A stretch of 64,000 nucleotides of DNA from an uncultured virus (IMG/VR IMGVR_UViG_3300035670_000148) (Duplodnaviria; Heunggongvirae; Uroviricota; Caudoviricetes): the IMG/VR virus record IMGVR_UViG_3300035670_000148, one strand, 5' to 3'. Below, in pieces: positions 1 through 10,963 of this stretch; the first letter of the stretch is position 1; every line of letters begins with the position of its first letter. The notes under the pieces were generated by a model that did no database searches, was not told the origin of the DNA, and saw nothing but the letters and a program-made list of their open reading frames with translations. The position numbers and the translations under genes are program-made.

Positions 1-1
1 A

Positions 2-3000
2 AATGTAAGTGGTACTTTCTTAGACCCCGAATATCAGTTTCTTGGCGGTGACTTTGATAAGAAAATGGAGCGTGTTGAAAATCTAGCCTCAGATGTCTCC
101 GATACATTTTCATCATTATTTTCAGGTGAATTTGGCTCTTTCTCCCAAAAAGCAACGAGCTTAATTAAAGGACTTGGCACGAGGTCACGTGCTTTAAGTG
201 AAAAAGTCCGCATGGATCAAGCTAAAAAGGGAATGGGGCAGAGTCTTGGCGGGTCTGCCTTAGGGGGTGCAGGCAAGTTCTTAATGGGTGGGGCTGCAAT
301 AGGAGGCGGACTTTTAGCTGCTGTCTCGGCTATACAATCCGTTGAAGAGAAAATGAAGGGGGTCAATAAAGAGCTCATTCAAACATATGGTGTGACCGAC
401 TTGATGACGGATAGCAGTCAAGACTTCGGCAAACAGATTATGGCTGTGAATAAGGAGTTGTCTGACCCCGACTTCGCAAATACTTTGGGAGTCACCCTTG
501 AGGAATCTCGACAGCTCGTGGGAAACTTACAAGAAGTAGGTCTTAATATCCGCACAATGAAGGGAGACATGAGTGGCTTGAAAGACCTCACTGTAGGGTT
601 TCAAGCAGCCTCTAAGATGTTGGGTATTGAGTTCTCAGATGTCGCCGGTGTCGCTCAGACCTTTAGGGAAGAACTAGGTGTCGCAGTCTCAGAGGGTCAT
701 CTACTAAATAGAATGGCGAAGGAGTTTGGCAAGATTAGAGACATGGCGGCTCAATCGAGCTTCTCCACAAATCGGTTCTTCCAAACCATACAGAGCTTGA
801 CCGATGGTATTGGCTCGATGAATGTCCGTATCGGTGAAGCAGGTAAGCTCTTCATCAGCCTCTCCAAAGTTCTCGGACCGAAAGCGGCTCAAGAGTTTGC
901 CTCAGGTCTGTTGGGAGGCTTCAAGTCTGAGGGCGTAGTTGACCGCTATAGGAGGCTTCTCCTTACAGGTAAGGGGAAGATGCAGTCAACTTTCAAGCGC
1001 AGCTCAAAAGCGACTGACAAGGATTTCATGGAGAACTTAACAGACGCTCAGAAAAAAATAATAGAAAAAGCAGGCGGTTTAAAGAAGATCAAGACTGAGG
1101 CAGACCTTAAAAGAGTTATGGGTGAACTTCGTAGAGGTACCGAGGGAGGGACAGGCGTTGCAAACCAACTCATGCGAGCCTTCAATTTAAGAAAAGCCGC
1201 ACGTGGTAATGAGTCAGATATGGTCAAAGCAATGGGGGACTTGGACTTAAGCGGTACCATGAGCGCGCAGATGCAACAGATTTATGCGTTCTTAGGTCAG
1301 AAGGGTTTTGAAGGAATCAGCGCAGTTCAGTTGGAGGCTTTGGCAAACTACACAGGTAAGAGTATTGAAGAACTGCAACAACTCAAGATGTTGGACTTCG
1401 CATATCAAGATGACTTTAAGAAGTCTCAAGAAATATTAGCTGCGGGTAAGGGGAAAAGTGACGACCAACTGATGGCAGAATTGAAAGCTGCGGGTATTGA
1501 AAATATTAAAGTTAAGGGTGGGAAACTTGTCTCTGAATCAGGTGACTTGATTTCTTCAATAGAAGACTACATCCAAGCTCAAGGAGCGGAAATAGACGCT
1601 ACAGGTGCTTATCAGATAGACCAATTATCGCTTTTGGCAGAGGTTAAGAATGCGACTTTAACTTCTGCCGACATGATCAATAACCACTTAGGGGCGCTCC
1701 TCACTAAAATATATGGTCCTGTGGATTTCTTGACAGGGTGGCTTACTAAAGATGACGCAGATGCGAAGAAAGCAAGAGAAGAAAGACGACTTGTTTCTGA
1801 ACAAATAGGGGCAGAAACAGAGCAGAGAAGAACCTCTCTTATGGAGAAAGAACAGAAGTTAAGAGATTTTGCGGATACTGAAAAGAAGAGGATTTCGGGG
1901 ATAAAAGACCCGAAAGAACGAGCCAAAGAAGTTGCCAAAAGTAATTTAGAGATAGAGAAACAGAAGTCAGATATTGAAAAAGAGAAAGCACAACTGCGTC
2001 TTTTGGAGAAACAACAAGAAACATTAAACTCCTCGGAGGGAATGGATTTAAGTGGTCCGAATATTAAAGAGTACTCGGCAGAGATGGCGAAGAGTTCCCT
2101 ATCTAGAACGAAATCGGGTCGTAAATCTCTAGATATACTATCGGGTGAGGGTTCTGGTGCATTAGCCGCAGTCGCAAGAGTCTTAGGTTTGGGTGAGGGC
2201 TCTTCAGGGCAAGGAGTCATGTCACAGATTTTTGATAAGGGTATTACAGAGGAACAAAAAAGTCAGTTAAAAGCGATGGGGCTTGATGTAGATTTAGCCA
2301 AGTTAGCCTCTGAAACAAAGTTCACTCCACAAGGCACAACTAGCTCAGGTATAGATGTTACAAAAGACCTAACCCGCCTCAATATAAGTGAGGCTGGGGG
2401 GGCTCCTGTAATTAGTCAGTTAGGCACTAAAACTACTTCTTGGGATGCCTCTACATATGGAAGAGGCGGAATCGCTAGAAAAGAATCTACCATGAAGTCA
2501 GAGTCTGCTGTTTTTAGTGACCTAAATCTAGAAGAGGATATAAAGCGTTCCGAAGAACAACAACTACGCTTAAATGAAATCGCAAAAATATTAGAGGATC
2601 AAACTATCACCGACGCAGATAGAAGAAAATATACAGATGAACAAGCTAATATTGAAGCTGAAGTTTTGGCGAAAAATAAGAAATACCAAGACGCGACAGG
2701 TAAGACCTTTTCAGACGCAATTTTAAGTGCCGAGAAACAAAAGTTAAATACTCAAATAGGAAACCTATTGGGTGCAGGTGTCACTCTAGGTGATGATAGA
2801 AATGCCAATCGCGCAATCATTGAGAGACTACGAACAGCACCGAATAGTGAGTCCCTTCTAGCTGAGTTGCCAAAATACTTCGCGACAGATATGAAGTTTG
2901 ACCCTTATGATGACAGACCCATCTTACTCAGAAAGGGGACAGCCACGATTGGAACTTCAACCGATTCGGCTTATTTCAGAGATAATACTGCGGGGGGTTC

Positions 3001-3115
3001 TCCCGTAGGTGGTGTGGGTTCAATGAATATCCATATCACCATCAATGGGGGCGATGAGAATAAGGTGTTCAGAACAGTACAAGACGCAATTCGTAGAAAT
3101 AGGGAGGCGACATGA
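2..3115 (+). CDS. Tail tape measure protein (5'-truncated by the window edge)
   Basis: The frame of ORF 65..3115 is open back to base 2 (NVSGTFLDPEYQFLGGDFDKKM). Long Ala/Gly-rich helical and coiled-coil protein ending in a typical 'MNIHITINGG' tail, immediately upstream of baseplate hub genes. Confidence 0.65.
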   Translation, partial: NVSGTFLDPEYQFLGGDFDKKMERVENLASDVSDTFSSLFSGEFGSFSQKATSLIKGLGTRSRALSEKVRMDQAKKGMGQSLGGSALGGAGKFLMGGAAIGGGLLAAVSAIQSVEEKMKGVNKELIQTYGVTDLMTDSSQDFGKQIMAVNKELSDPDFANTLGVTLEESRQLVGNLQEVGLNIRTMKGDMSGLKDLTVGFQAASKMLGIEFSDVAGVAQTFREELGVAVSEGHLLNRMAKEFGKIRDMAAQSSFSTNRFFQTIQSLTDGIGSMNVRIGEAGKLFISLSKVLGPKAAQEFASGLLGGFKSEGVVDRYRRLLLTGKGKMQSTFKRSSKATDKDFMENLTDAQKKIIEKAGGLKKIKTEADLKRVMGELRRGTEGGTGVANQLMRAFNLRKAARGNESDMVKAMGDLDLSGTMSAQMQQIYAFLGQKGFEGISAVQLEALANYTGKSIEELQQLKMLDFAYQDDFKKSQEILAAGKGKSDDQLMAELKAAGIENIKVKGGKLVSESGDLISSIEDYIQAQGAEIDATGAYQIDQLSLLAEVKNATLTSADMINNHLGALLTKIYGPVDFLTGWLTKDDADAKKAREERRLVSEQIGAETEQRRTSLMEKEQKLRDFADTEKKRISGIKDPKERAKEVAKSNLEIEKQKSDIEKEKAQLRLLEKQQETLNSSEGMDLSGPNIKEYSAEMAKSSLSRTKSGRKSLDILSGEGSGALAAVARVLGLGEGSSGQGVMSQIFDKGITEEQKSQLKAMGLDVDLAKLASETKFTPQGTTSSGIDVTKDLTRLNISEAGGAPVISQLGTKTTSWDASTYGRGGIARKESTMKSESAVFSDLNLEEDIKRSEEQQLRLNEIAKILEDQTITDADRRKYTDEQANIEAEVLAKNKKYQDATGKTFSDAILSAEKQKLNTQIGNLLGAGVTLGDDRNANRAIIERLRTAPNSESLLAELPKYFATDMKFDPYDDRPILLRKGTATIGTSTDSAYFRDNTAGGSPVGGVGSMNIHITINGGDENKVFRTVQDAIRRNREAT

Positions 3116-3732
3116 GTGGTATCTATACGCCCTTTAATAGCCCAAATGATGAGTTTGACAAGAGTCAGGGTAAACGCCCTCTTGTGTTTGATATCATAGG
3201 ACCAGATGGGAAGACCTCTATGTTGGGTGACTATAAGCTAGTTGCCTATGTGGGTCCTTCCTCTTTGTCCTTCTCTTATCAAAAGAAGGTATCTCGGACA
3301 CCCACACTAGGAGGGTGGATAGAGTATTATTGGGGAGATGAACCTTATACTATCACACTTGATTTGGACTCCGGTGGCTTTATCAGAATAGGCTCAGGTA
3401 TTTCTTACACCACAGGTGTCGCAAGTACAAAAAATGCAGGGACGATAGGGATTGATTTGGGTGGTTCTCGTAGAGAGACGATTGCTTACGATAAATACTT
3501 AGATATGTTGGCGTTATTTCACAACAATGGGTCTATTTATGACGCTAGGGGGTTTATCGCACTACAGGGTCGCATACAGATGAGATATGATGGGGGTTTG
3601 TGGTATGGGTGGTTTCAGAGTTTCTCTGTGTCAGAAGACTCTCAGTCTCCTTTTCACTTTAAGATGAACGCAGTCTTTCAAGTAGAGAGAGAAGTTCACT
3701 CAGTAAGAACACAAGGAGGAGACTTTAAATGA
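3112..3732 (+). CDS. Tail tube initiator / baseplate-tube adaptor-like protein
   Basis: Follows the tape measure with an ATGA overlap. Pattern 'GPSSLSFSYQKKVSRTPTLGGWIEYYWG...YGWFQSFSVSED..SPFHFKMNAVF' is typical of tube-fold baseplate proteins of contractile tails. Paralog of the next ORF. Confidence 0.6.
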   Translation: MSGIYTPFNSPNDEFDKSQGKRPLVFDIIGPDGKTSMLGDYKLVAYVGPSSLSFSYQKKVSRTPTLGGWIEYYWGDEPYTITLDLDSGGFIRIGSGISYTTGVASTKNAGTIGIDLGGSRRETIAYDKYLDMLALFHNNGSIYDARGFIALQGRIQMRYDGGLWYGWFQSFSVSEDSQSPFHFKMNAVFQVEREVHSVRTQGGDFK

Positions 3733-4673
3733 AAGGCACTACGAGTACCGTACCCTATATAGATTTAGGGATGACGGAAGAGTTTATTTTATTTCCAGAG
3801 GATAATCCGGGGACGATTCCTGTAGATAACTCAACTCAAGGGCTGAGAGATTATTCTCCCTTCGTGTTAGAGGTAGTTCCGCCTACGACTGAATATGGTC
3901 TAGTTCCATTACCCGATTCAGGAACGCCTAAAGCATTTTTTAGTCCTTTAAGACCTGAAGATTCAAAGCGAAGAAACGAACTTGTGAATGGGTCTTTGCT
4001 GACGAATATTTCTTCATTAGCGGGTGCGCCGATAACTAATAAGAAGACATCTGAGAGTGGCTTGTTGCCTACGATTACAAATCTGACTCCTGCATATACC
4101 GATAAAGAAGGCTTATTAGACTTTGTGACACAGGCTCATGCGTTAGCGACTCTTCCACCGATAGTCTTTATGATAAACCCAAGTACTTTTGAGGTTTCTT
4201 ATAATGGCATCATGGCTTTTCAAGAACAGACTCGATATGGATTTGTATTTCAGAGATTTGGAGAGGAACTTCCTACAATAAGTTTCTCAACTCCAATTGG
4301 GGCATATATGGCGGGGAGGTCTGACGGCAAGGTTGGCACATCGGGACTGCATTTGACCTCAAAGAAGGACAGCGCCGCGTATCGCCATTTAATGGCAATC
4401 TTGGCTGTGTACAGAAATAACTCTGTAATAGTAGATAGAATCGGGAGGTCAAGGGCATTTCATGCGGTGGGTCGTCAAAGGATTTATTTCGATGGTCAGG
4501 TTTGGGAAGGGAGGATTGAGAGTATGTCTTTCTCAGAGGAAGCGGATAAGCCACATGGCGGTATTTCTTTTGATATGTCTTTTACGGTGTATCAACATAG
4601 GTTCGTAGATAAGCTGAAGAGTTCAGAGGTGACTGCTTTGAAGAATATGAACATCAATAATGGAGGTGCTTAA
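3729..4673 (+). CDS. Tail tube initiator-like protein, paralog of 3112..3732
   Basis: C-terminal half 'FMINPSTFEVSY..QTRYGFVFQRFGEELPTISFS...WEGRIESMSFSEEADKP..ISFDMSFTV' aligns with the upstream ORF. Confidence 0.6.
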   Translation: MKGTTSTVPYIDLGMTEEFILFPEDNPGTIPVDNSTQGLRDYSPFVLEVVPPTTEYGLVPLPDSGTPKAFFSPLRPEDSKRRNELVNGSLLTNISSLAGAPITNKKTSESGLLPTITNLTPAYTDKEGLLDFVTQAHALATLPPIVFMINPSTFEVSYNGIMAFQEQTRYGFVFQRFGEELPTISFSTPIGAYMAGRSDGKVGTSGLHLTSKKDSAAYRHLMAILAVYRNNSVIVDRIGRSRAFHAVGRQRIYFDGQVWEGRIESMSFSEEADKPHGGISFDMSFTVYQHRFVDKLKSSEVTALKNMNINNGGA

Positions 4674-7600
4674 TGTCAGTCTTAGATGAACGCCCGTCAT
4701 CAGGGAGTTGGTCACAAGATATTCTGAATAAGCACAGGAAGGTCATCAGTTGGACGCCCGATGCGATTGTTTTATTTAATGGGGATACGAAGATTGCAGG
4801 GTGTAATGAGTGTAAGAACAAGATAGACTTTCAAGCGTTTATTACTTCAGTTGGAGTGAGCGCAGGTACTTCGTCAGGGGATTTGACTGCTTCAATAGAG
4901 ATGTCTATCCCCGCTCATTATGGCGACTCTATTTTTAGAGATGGCGAGTTCATATTCACTCCCGGAGTGGAGGTGAATGTGTATTATCGAGGTTTCTTTG
5001 AGATTGATGGTTTATCTCCTGAAGAGACAGAACCTATTCAGATAAATGAAGCCCATTTTGACTTAAATAAGGTCAAGGCACGACCTTATTATCCTGTATT
5101 TCATGGAGTAACCACGAGCGTATCATTCTCAATGAGTGGGGGTTTTTATTCAGCGAGTCTTTCGTGTAACTCATTACTTCACTTTTGGGCGAATCAAAAA
5201 GTAACTGTCAACGCAGCTGCGATGGCAGCGGCTCCTTCAGGAAGCCGAGGTTCGACTCGGTTTGATGGTCATGTTTATTCTGGATATACACCCCATCAGG
5301 TGATTTATGACTTGTATAGAGACAGCGGAGGGTCGGCGGATGGTGTTTCTTGGGTATTCTCATCATCGGGTAACTTGAAGAGTAAAACTGAGACGAAAGA
5401 GAGCCTATTCTCTTTGACGACTCGTTATTGGGAGACTCGATTTGCACAGGGTCTTTATGGACTCAGAATGTATGGAGCTTCAGGGAAGGCATATACTCAA
5501 CTTCAGACCGCTTTCTTAGGAGACCCCGCAAAAGGAAAAGGCTTAAGGGGGCAAGTTAAATCTGTCGTTAAAGGCACTCAGACAGCGAAGAAAAAGCAGA
5601 CACCTACAAATGTATTACAAGGTGCAAAAATAGTAGGTCTTTCAGAACAAGACGATGTTCAAAGGGTTTTAAGACACCCCGACTTGAACTTCTTATCTGA
5701 AATTGACGACAAATCTACAAGTGGGGGAGTGGGGCTTCTAGCTTCAGAACTATTAGCGTTCGTACCTGATATTGGGGCGATTGGTCAGTTTGACTTATTT
5801 GATAGTCAATACGAGTCCAAACAAGGTATCGCAGACCAAGTGGCTGAAGCAGTCGGTTTTGAGTTTTTCCAAGATGTTGATGGAGACTTGGTTTTCAAAC
5901 CCCCCTTCTATAACTTGGATACGCGCGCTAGTCGTGTACACACGATTAAGAGAGAAGATGTTATAGATATTTCTTTTGAGAACGCCGAGCCTGAATATAC
6001 ATATGCGGTGTGTAAAGGAAGCCTATTCAGAAATATACAAGGTTTGGGTATGGAAGGGACTTGGGGAGCTAAAGGCACTTATGTTGACTATAGACTTGTA
6101 GCGAAGTTTGGCTGGAGACCCTTAGAGTTTGATACGACTTTCTACAACTCAGGAAGAACGGCATTCTTCGCGGCAGTTGTCCAGCTAGAACTCAAAAATG
6201 TAGGCATGAACACCTGTAATCTGAGTATCCCTTTAAGACCTGAATTGAAGCCGGGGTATCCCATCTATGTAGAACATATAGACTGCTTTTATTATGTCAC
6301 AGCAGTTCAGCATAGCTTCTCTTTTGGAGGAGACTGCACAACAGGACTTACTCTGACTGCAAGGAGAAAGAAGTTCTTACCCCCCGGAGTCTCGGATAAA
6401 GAAGGAGTTAAGGGTGTTGATTTATCTGACCCTACGCTTCCTCCTAAGAGTTTAGTGGCTCTTGATACTGAGGGGTATCGCAAGACAATTGGTTTTCCGA
6501 ATGTAGTCATGGCGCTTGACCCTAAGAGACTCGACCCCGCTACTCTTGCATATGGGCTTGATATGCTCCCCGGTCTTTCTTCTCAAAACAAAAATGAGAG
6601 AGAAGCCTATAGAAATATGCTCATCTTGCAGGCGTATGAATTAGGAGTCTTAAAGTTAAGTAATGGCAACGATGTTGATGGAAGCCAACCTGAGTTTTTA
6701 AAAGGACCTTGGACAGTCACATATCAAAATGAGGAAGGTCTTGAGACTACTGCAACAATATCTCTCAAAAGCGGTGAACTGCCTCAAGAGGGGGCGCTTT
6801 CAAAAGCTGTTCAAACACTTGAGTCAGAGAGGTCTGCCGCCCTAAAAGACTATAAGCGGGGCAAGAAAGATGCAGCTCTGAAAAGCCAAGATGTTCAGAA
6901 AAGATTTGACGAAGCTCGGAAAAGTCTAAAAAGCACAAGTCAAGGCACTCTGACTATTGTTGATTTAATAGACATTATTCAGTCAAGCGGAAGGCTCACC
7001 ACAGATTCGAGAGAGGCAAGTAAGACAGTCAATATCATGCAGCTCTTGGCGAGTAAAAAGTCTTCTTTTAATCCAAACCAACCGGGCTATTATCGCTATT
7101 ATAGCTGTTCTCACCCCGACCCTGACCAACAAGGTCCTGTAAAAATAGATGCCGACCAAGATGGAAATATCACATTCTTGGATTATAGCACAGCAGATGC
7201 CACCGATATTAATCAAGTTGTTGACGATGAAAATGGGCTTGTCAGATTTAGTAATGAAGTGAGGTCTGTACAGGGATTCCCTACACGAGTTCAAAGACTT
7301 CCCGGAATCGTGAATGTCCCAACAAAAGACATAAAGTATTTGTCCTTCCAATACCATAACTTCAAGAAGTCCTCACCTGCCCAACAAACCTCTAAAAAAT
7401 CTCGTACTTTCCCCTTCTCGTATGACAAATCAAACCTAAGTAAAGAAATAAAATCCGCTTTTGATGCGAGAGTTAAGTTAATAAGAGGAAATAAGACGGA
7501 TAAGAAGTTCAGAGCTTTATTATTTCGCAGTACGACAACAACTGAGCCACCTTTAGATAAAGTACCTGTTTTAAGCGCAGAGGACCCGAATGTTACACAA

Positions 7601-8698
7601 ACATATGCGGCTAACTTCGTAGCTTATCTCTTAGAGAAATACCCTAGTATAGAGAGCCAAGATACACACAACGAGTTCTTAGGTTTCGTATTAGACACAA
7701 CGGGGATTCGCTTATCTAGTAAGTTTGTCACAACAACGGGCACCACTTATACGGACACGAAGGCGACTTGGAAGAGCGTGATTCTTCCTGTCTCCGATGA
7801 AAATGGCTATGAGGTATTTGGTTCATATCAATATGGCAGAGGTTTGGACATACAGCCTAATGTGGGTTTTGATATACTTTTGAGACAAGACCCGACTCGT
7901 CTTTTGAATCTGACAGCGATAGACGAGTTCCTGAAGGATTTAACGAGTAACTCTGAACGAAAGAAAGCCTACGAGAAAGCGGCGGAGGCAGTTATTTCTG
8001 CGAAGGGAGAGAAGTTGGCGGATGCTTATTTCAGATTAACGGGAAATAAGTACGAGGTTGGGAGTGAAGACAAAAAAACTAAATCTTTGGAGACTTTGGC
8101 AAACGCATTAATGACACAGAACGACTTACAAGTGGTTCAAAATGTGCCTGTTCGTTTATTAGACATAAGACCTGAGACGAGGGGTAATGCGGCGTGTGAT
8201 TGTAGAGGAGATTTGAGTGATATTCAGATACTTTTGGGGGATAGGGGTGAACTACCAACACGAGGAGGTCAGATTTTGAGTGATAGCTCTATTGTACAGA
8301 GTGAGAAGAACTTGATGGCGAGTCGAGCGGAGGCTTGGAAGTCACATCAGGATTTCTTGAAGGGAGTTCAGAAGACCTCAAGTGGGGTAGAGGGTATTTT
8401 ACCTGAGCCTGAGTTTGACGAAGTCTCTGAGTTTAGTGAGGGTGCTTTGGAGTATATTTTATCGAGGAGCGGGGCGAGTGGGAATCCCATATTTGATAGA
8501 TATTCAGAGACACGAGACAAGCTAAATAGTGCGTACACTACCCTAGTGGCGCAGGGGGAGGTTGTAGTGGAGGGGGTTAAGATAACGCTAACTGCGACAG
8601 AACAGCAGGGGGCTGATTTGGATAAACTAGCGAGGAGCAAGAAGCTAGATATATATTATGCGTTAAATGGGCTTAAGAAAATTGTAGAGGGAACATAA
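4673..8698 (+). CDS. Baseplate hub protein (gp27/GpD-like) with large insertions
   Basis: Hub-like motifs 'VAEAVGFEFFQDVDGDLVFKPPFYN' and 'LSIPLRPELKPGYPIYV...YYVTAVQHSFSFGGDCTTGLTL'; lies between the tube initiators and the spike. Confidence 0.7.
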   Translation: MSVLDERPSSGSWSQDILNKHRKVISWTPDAIVLFNGDTKIAGCNECKNKIDFQAFITSVGVSAGTSSGDLTASIEMSIPAHYGDSIFRDGEFIFTPGVEVNVYYRGFFEIDGLSPEETEPIQINEAHFDLNKVKARPYYPVFHGVTTSVSFSMSGGFYSASLSCNSLLHFWANQKVTVNAAAMAAAPSGSRGSTRFDGHVYSGYTPHQVIYDLYRDSGGSADGVSWVFSSSGNLKSKTETKESLFSLTTRYWETRFAQGLYGLRMYGASGKAYTQLQTAFLGDPAKGKGLRGQVKSVVKGTQTAKKKQTPTNVLQGAKIVGLSEQDDVQRVLRHPDLNFLSEIDDKSTSGGVGLLASELLAFVPDIGAIGQFDLFDSQYESKQGIADQVAEAVGFEFFQDVDGDLVFKPPFYNLDTRASRVHTIKREDVIDISFENAEPEYTYAVCKGSLFRNIQGLGMEGTWGAKGTYVDYRLVAKFGWRPLEFDTTFYNSGRTAFFAAVVQLELKNVGMNTCNLSIPLRPELKPGYPIYVEHIDCFYYVTAVQHSFSFGGDCTTGLTLTARRKKFLPPGVSDKEGVKGVDLSDPTLPPKSLVALDTEGYRKTIGFPNVVMALDPKRLDPATLAYGLDMLPGLSSQNKNEREAYRNMLILQAYELGVLKLSNGNDVDGSQPEFLKGPWTVTYQNEEGLETTATISLKSGELPQEGALSKAVQTLESERSAALKDYKRGKKDAALKSQDVQKRFDEARKSLKSTSQGTLTIVDLIDIIQSSGRLTTDSREASKTVNIMQLLASKKSSFNPNQPGYYRYYSCSHPDPDQQGPVKIDADQDGNITFLDYSTADATDINQVVDDENGLVRFSNEVRSVQGFPTRVQRLPGIVNVPTKDIKYLSFQYHNFKKSSPAQQTSKKSRTFPFSYDKSNLSKEIKSAFDARVKLIRGNKTDKKFRALLFRSTTTTEPPLDKVPVLSAEDPNVTQTYAANFVAYLLEKYPSIESQDTHNEFLGFVLDTTGIRLSSKFVTTTGTTYTDTKATWKSVILPVSDENGYEVFGSYQYGRGLDIQPNVGFDILLRQDPTRLLNLTAIDEFLKDLTSNSERKKAYEKAAEAVISAKGEKLADAYFRLTGNKYEVGSEDKKTKSLETLANALMTQNDLQVVQNVPVRLLDIRPETRGNAACDCRGDLSDIQILLGDRGELPTRGGQILSDSSIVQSEKNLMASRAEAWKSHQDFLKGVQKTSSGVEGILPEPEFDEVSEFSEGALEYILSRSGASGNPIFDRYSETRDKLNSAYTTLVAQGEVVVEGVKITLTATEQQGADLDKLARSKKLDIYYALNGLKKIVEGT

Positions 8699-8701
8699 CA
8701 A

Positions 8702-10963
8702 ATGACGAATCCGATACCGACTTTATCAGAGGGAGCTAAGAGATTAGCTGTACAGACGAGTGGCGCTCAAGGAAAGGGTCCGAGCGAAGGGTGGTCTTCG
8801 TTATCTTTAGGGGTAGCGAGGGTGACTCAGGTATATGCGCCAGATTTGAGGTGTACGATAGAGATTGTTGTGGGAGAGAATGGAAGACCCACATATACGG
8901 GGGTTGAGCTTTTAATGCCCTCTGTCGGTTCTCGGCATATTTTAGGGGCGATTCCTGAAGTGGGTGATTATTGTGTGGTTGGTTGGTTTGCGAATAACTT
9001 AGCGAAGGCGGGGAAGAAAGCCCCTGCGATTATTTCTTGGATGCCAAGAACGCCTTATTTAGGGCATGATTGGTTAACGGTACAGGATTTTACGCCTGAT
9101 GAGGGAGTTTTAGAGACAGCGAAGAGTCGTCAGGAGCTTGAATACTCAGCAAATCGAACGCGCTTTAAACTTCGTCATTATGATGAAGGGAATGTGTTTG
9201 CGTCTTCGTCTCAGGGGTCTGACTTAGTTTTAGATGAGGGAGTTTTACTCTCTAATCGAAGAGCGAATGAAATAAGATTAAGGGATCAAGACCAAGCGAT
9301 AGTGATGAGGTCTGTTCAGCAGTTTCATGCGATGTCGGGAGCGCGCGTATATGGAGGTCTTGTTCAGAGAGACGCAAGAAGTATCCCGAATGATTTAGTT
9401 TCTGACGGCACAGATTGGGCAGCCTCGGATCAGTTTGACGATATAGGTCTTATTTCTAATGTGGGGGCATTACCACCTTCTGAGGTGGAAGCTGGTTTGT
9501 TGACACCGCACAAGATATTTCTGAGGGGTTCTGCTGTATCAGAGGATTTTAAGACAGAAGGCGGGAAGATTGCGGATTATTTGAACCCTTATTTCTTTTA
9601 TGAGGAAATGGGGTTAGTAGATGAGGAGGGGCGGGTTTTAGCGACATCGGGGGAGATGTATGGGGGGAAGTCTATTCTTAGGGTGAATCAATCGGGGGAG
9701 TCTTCTTTAGAGAATGCGTTGTCGGAGTATCGTATAGAGGTGAATCATTTAAGTGATGGGACACTTCCTGTCACAGAACAGACAGATGGTTTAGACCATG
9801 AGAAAGCGGTGGGTTCATTACCGCTTGTGGAGTTTGTGTTGGGGAGTGTAGTGGGTAATGACCCTTTTACGAGTAGGGGTTCAGACTTATATGGTCTTCC
9901 ACTTGGACCAAAAGTAGTGGGGGCAGAGGTTGTTTTAGCACCTGAGCTTGAGGACACATCACTTCAGTCTGCGACTTTACTTCAAGTAAATCCGTTATTA
10001 GACACACAGCGTCCTTCGTTTATTTCTATGACAAAGGGGGGTGCGTTATATTCAGAGATAGGAAATACATCAGCGGAGGCGGTAGTTGTGAATGTGGAGG
10101 GTGGTGTTCAGTTTAAGTCAGGGGCTTGTGATATAGGTGCAGGTGGGGATTTAGGTTTATTTGCAGGAGGAGGGGTAGAGGTAGCGTCGAGGGGGGGTGC
10201 AGTTAAGATTGTAGGGGAGGGTTATACGGGAGGGGTGGGGGGAACACAGGCTTCTGTGGTGATAGAGGCGAGGCGGGGTGTGTCTATTCAGTCAGGAACA
10301 GGGGTCGTGTTTTCAGCGCCGTCTGTAGATTTTTCTAATGTGAAGACTTTGAAGTTTGGGGCGACAGACTCTCTTGTCTTGAAGGGAGGGGGTTCTGTGG
10401 TGGTTCAGACTTCAACATTAAACGAGTTTGTGAGTGGGGCGAGAAAGACAACGATAAGTGGTCCGACAGATGGTAACCCATTAAACGACCAAGGTGTTTC
10501 TGAAGTGATAGCGTGTTCTCCCGCAACGGGGAGTGTGGGGGGTGTTGTAAAGAAGGAGACTGTGACAGCGGGAGATGTAGAGCAGACGACCTTGACATTA
10601 GGGGATCGTACAACACAGGTGAACTTGGGGGATATAGTGCAGAGGTCTTTATTAGGGAGTGTGATGATAGAGGCGGGTTTGAATTTGTTTACTCTCTCGG
10701 CGGAGAGTGGGGCGAGTTTGACAGCTTTTATAGGGGATGTGAATTTTACTTCTGTTGCTGGTTCGATTAATTTAGTCGCAACGGCGGGGGTGAATATTAG
10801 GTCTGTGGGACCTGTTGCTATACAGGGTTCTTTAGTGAATCTTGGTGGGGCGGGGACTGCATTTGGACCGATATTATGTGGGTCAGATATAGACCCCGTT
10901 ATAGGACTTCCTTATTCTGCGTTAGGTGTATTACCTAGAGCGCAAAACTTAGTTATCATCTGA
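8702..10963 (+). CDS. Baseplate central spike protein (gpV/gp5-like)
   Basis: N-terminal OB-fold-like 'VARVTQV...GAIPEVGDYCVVGW' and a Gly/Val/Ser-rich C-terminal beta-helix-like repeat region; follows the hub gene. Confidence 0.7.
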   Translation: MTNPIPTLSEGAKRLAVQTSGAQGKGPSEGWSSLSLGVARVTQVYAPDLRCTIEIVVGENGRPTYTGVELLMPSVGSRHILGAIPEVGDYCVVGWFANNLAKAGKKAPAIISWMPRTPYLGHDWLTVQDFTPDEGVLETAKSRQELEYSANRTRFKLRHYDEGNVFASSSQGSDLVLDEGVLLSNRRANEIRLRDQDQAIVMRSVQQFHAMSGARVYGGLVQRDARSIPNDLVSDGTDWAASDQFDDIGLISNVGALPPSEVEAGLLTPHKIFLRGSAVSEDFKTEGGKIADYLNPYFFYEEMGLVDEEGRVLATSGEMYGGKSILRVNQSGESSLENALSEYRIEVNHLSDGTLPVTEQTDGLDHEKAVGSLPLVEFVLGSVVGNDPFTSRGSDLYGLPLGPKVVGAEVVLAPELEDTSLQSATLLQVNPLLDTQRPSFISMTKGGALYSEIGNTSAEAVVVNVEGGVQFKSGACDIGAGGDLGLFAGGGVEVASRGGAVKIVGEGYTGGVGGTQASVVIEARRGVSIQSGTGVVFSAPSVDFSNVKTLKFGATDSLVLKGGGSVVVQTSTLNEFVSGARKTTISGPTDGNPLNDQGVSEVIACSPATGSVGGVVKKETVTAGDVEQTTLTLGDRTTQVNLGDIVQRSLLGSVMIEAGLNLFTLSAESGASLTAFIGDVNFTSVAGSINLVATAGVNIRSVGPVAIQGSLVNLGGAGTAFGPILCGSDIDPVIGLPYSALGVLPRAQNLVII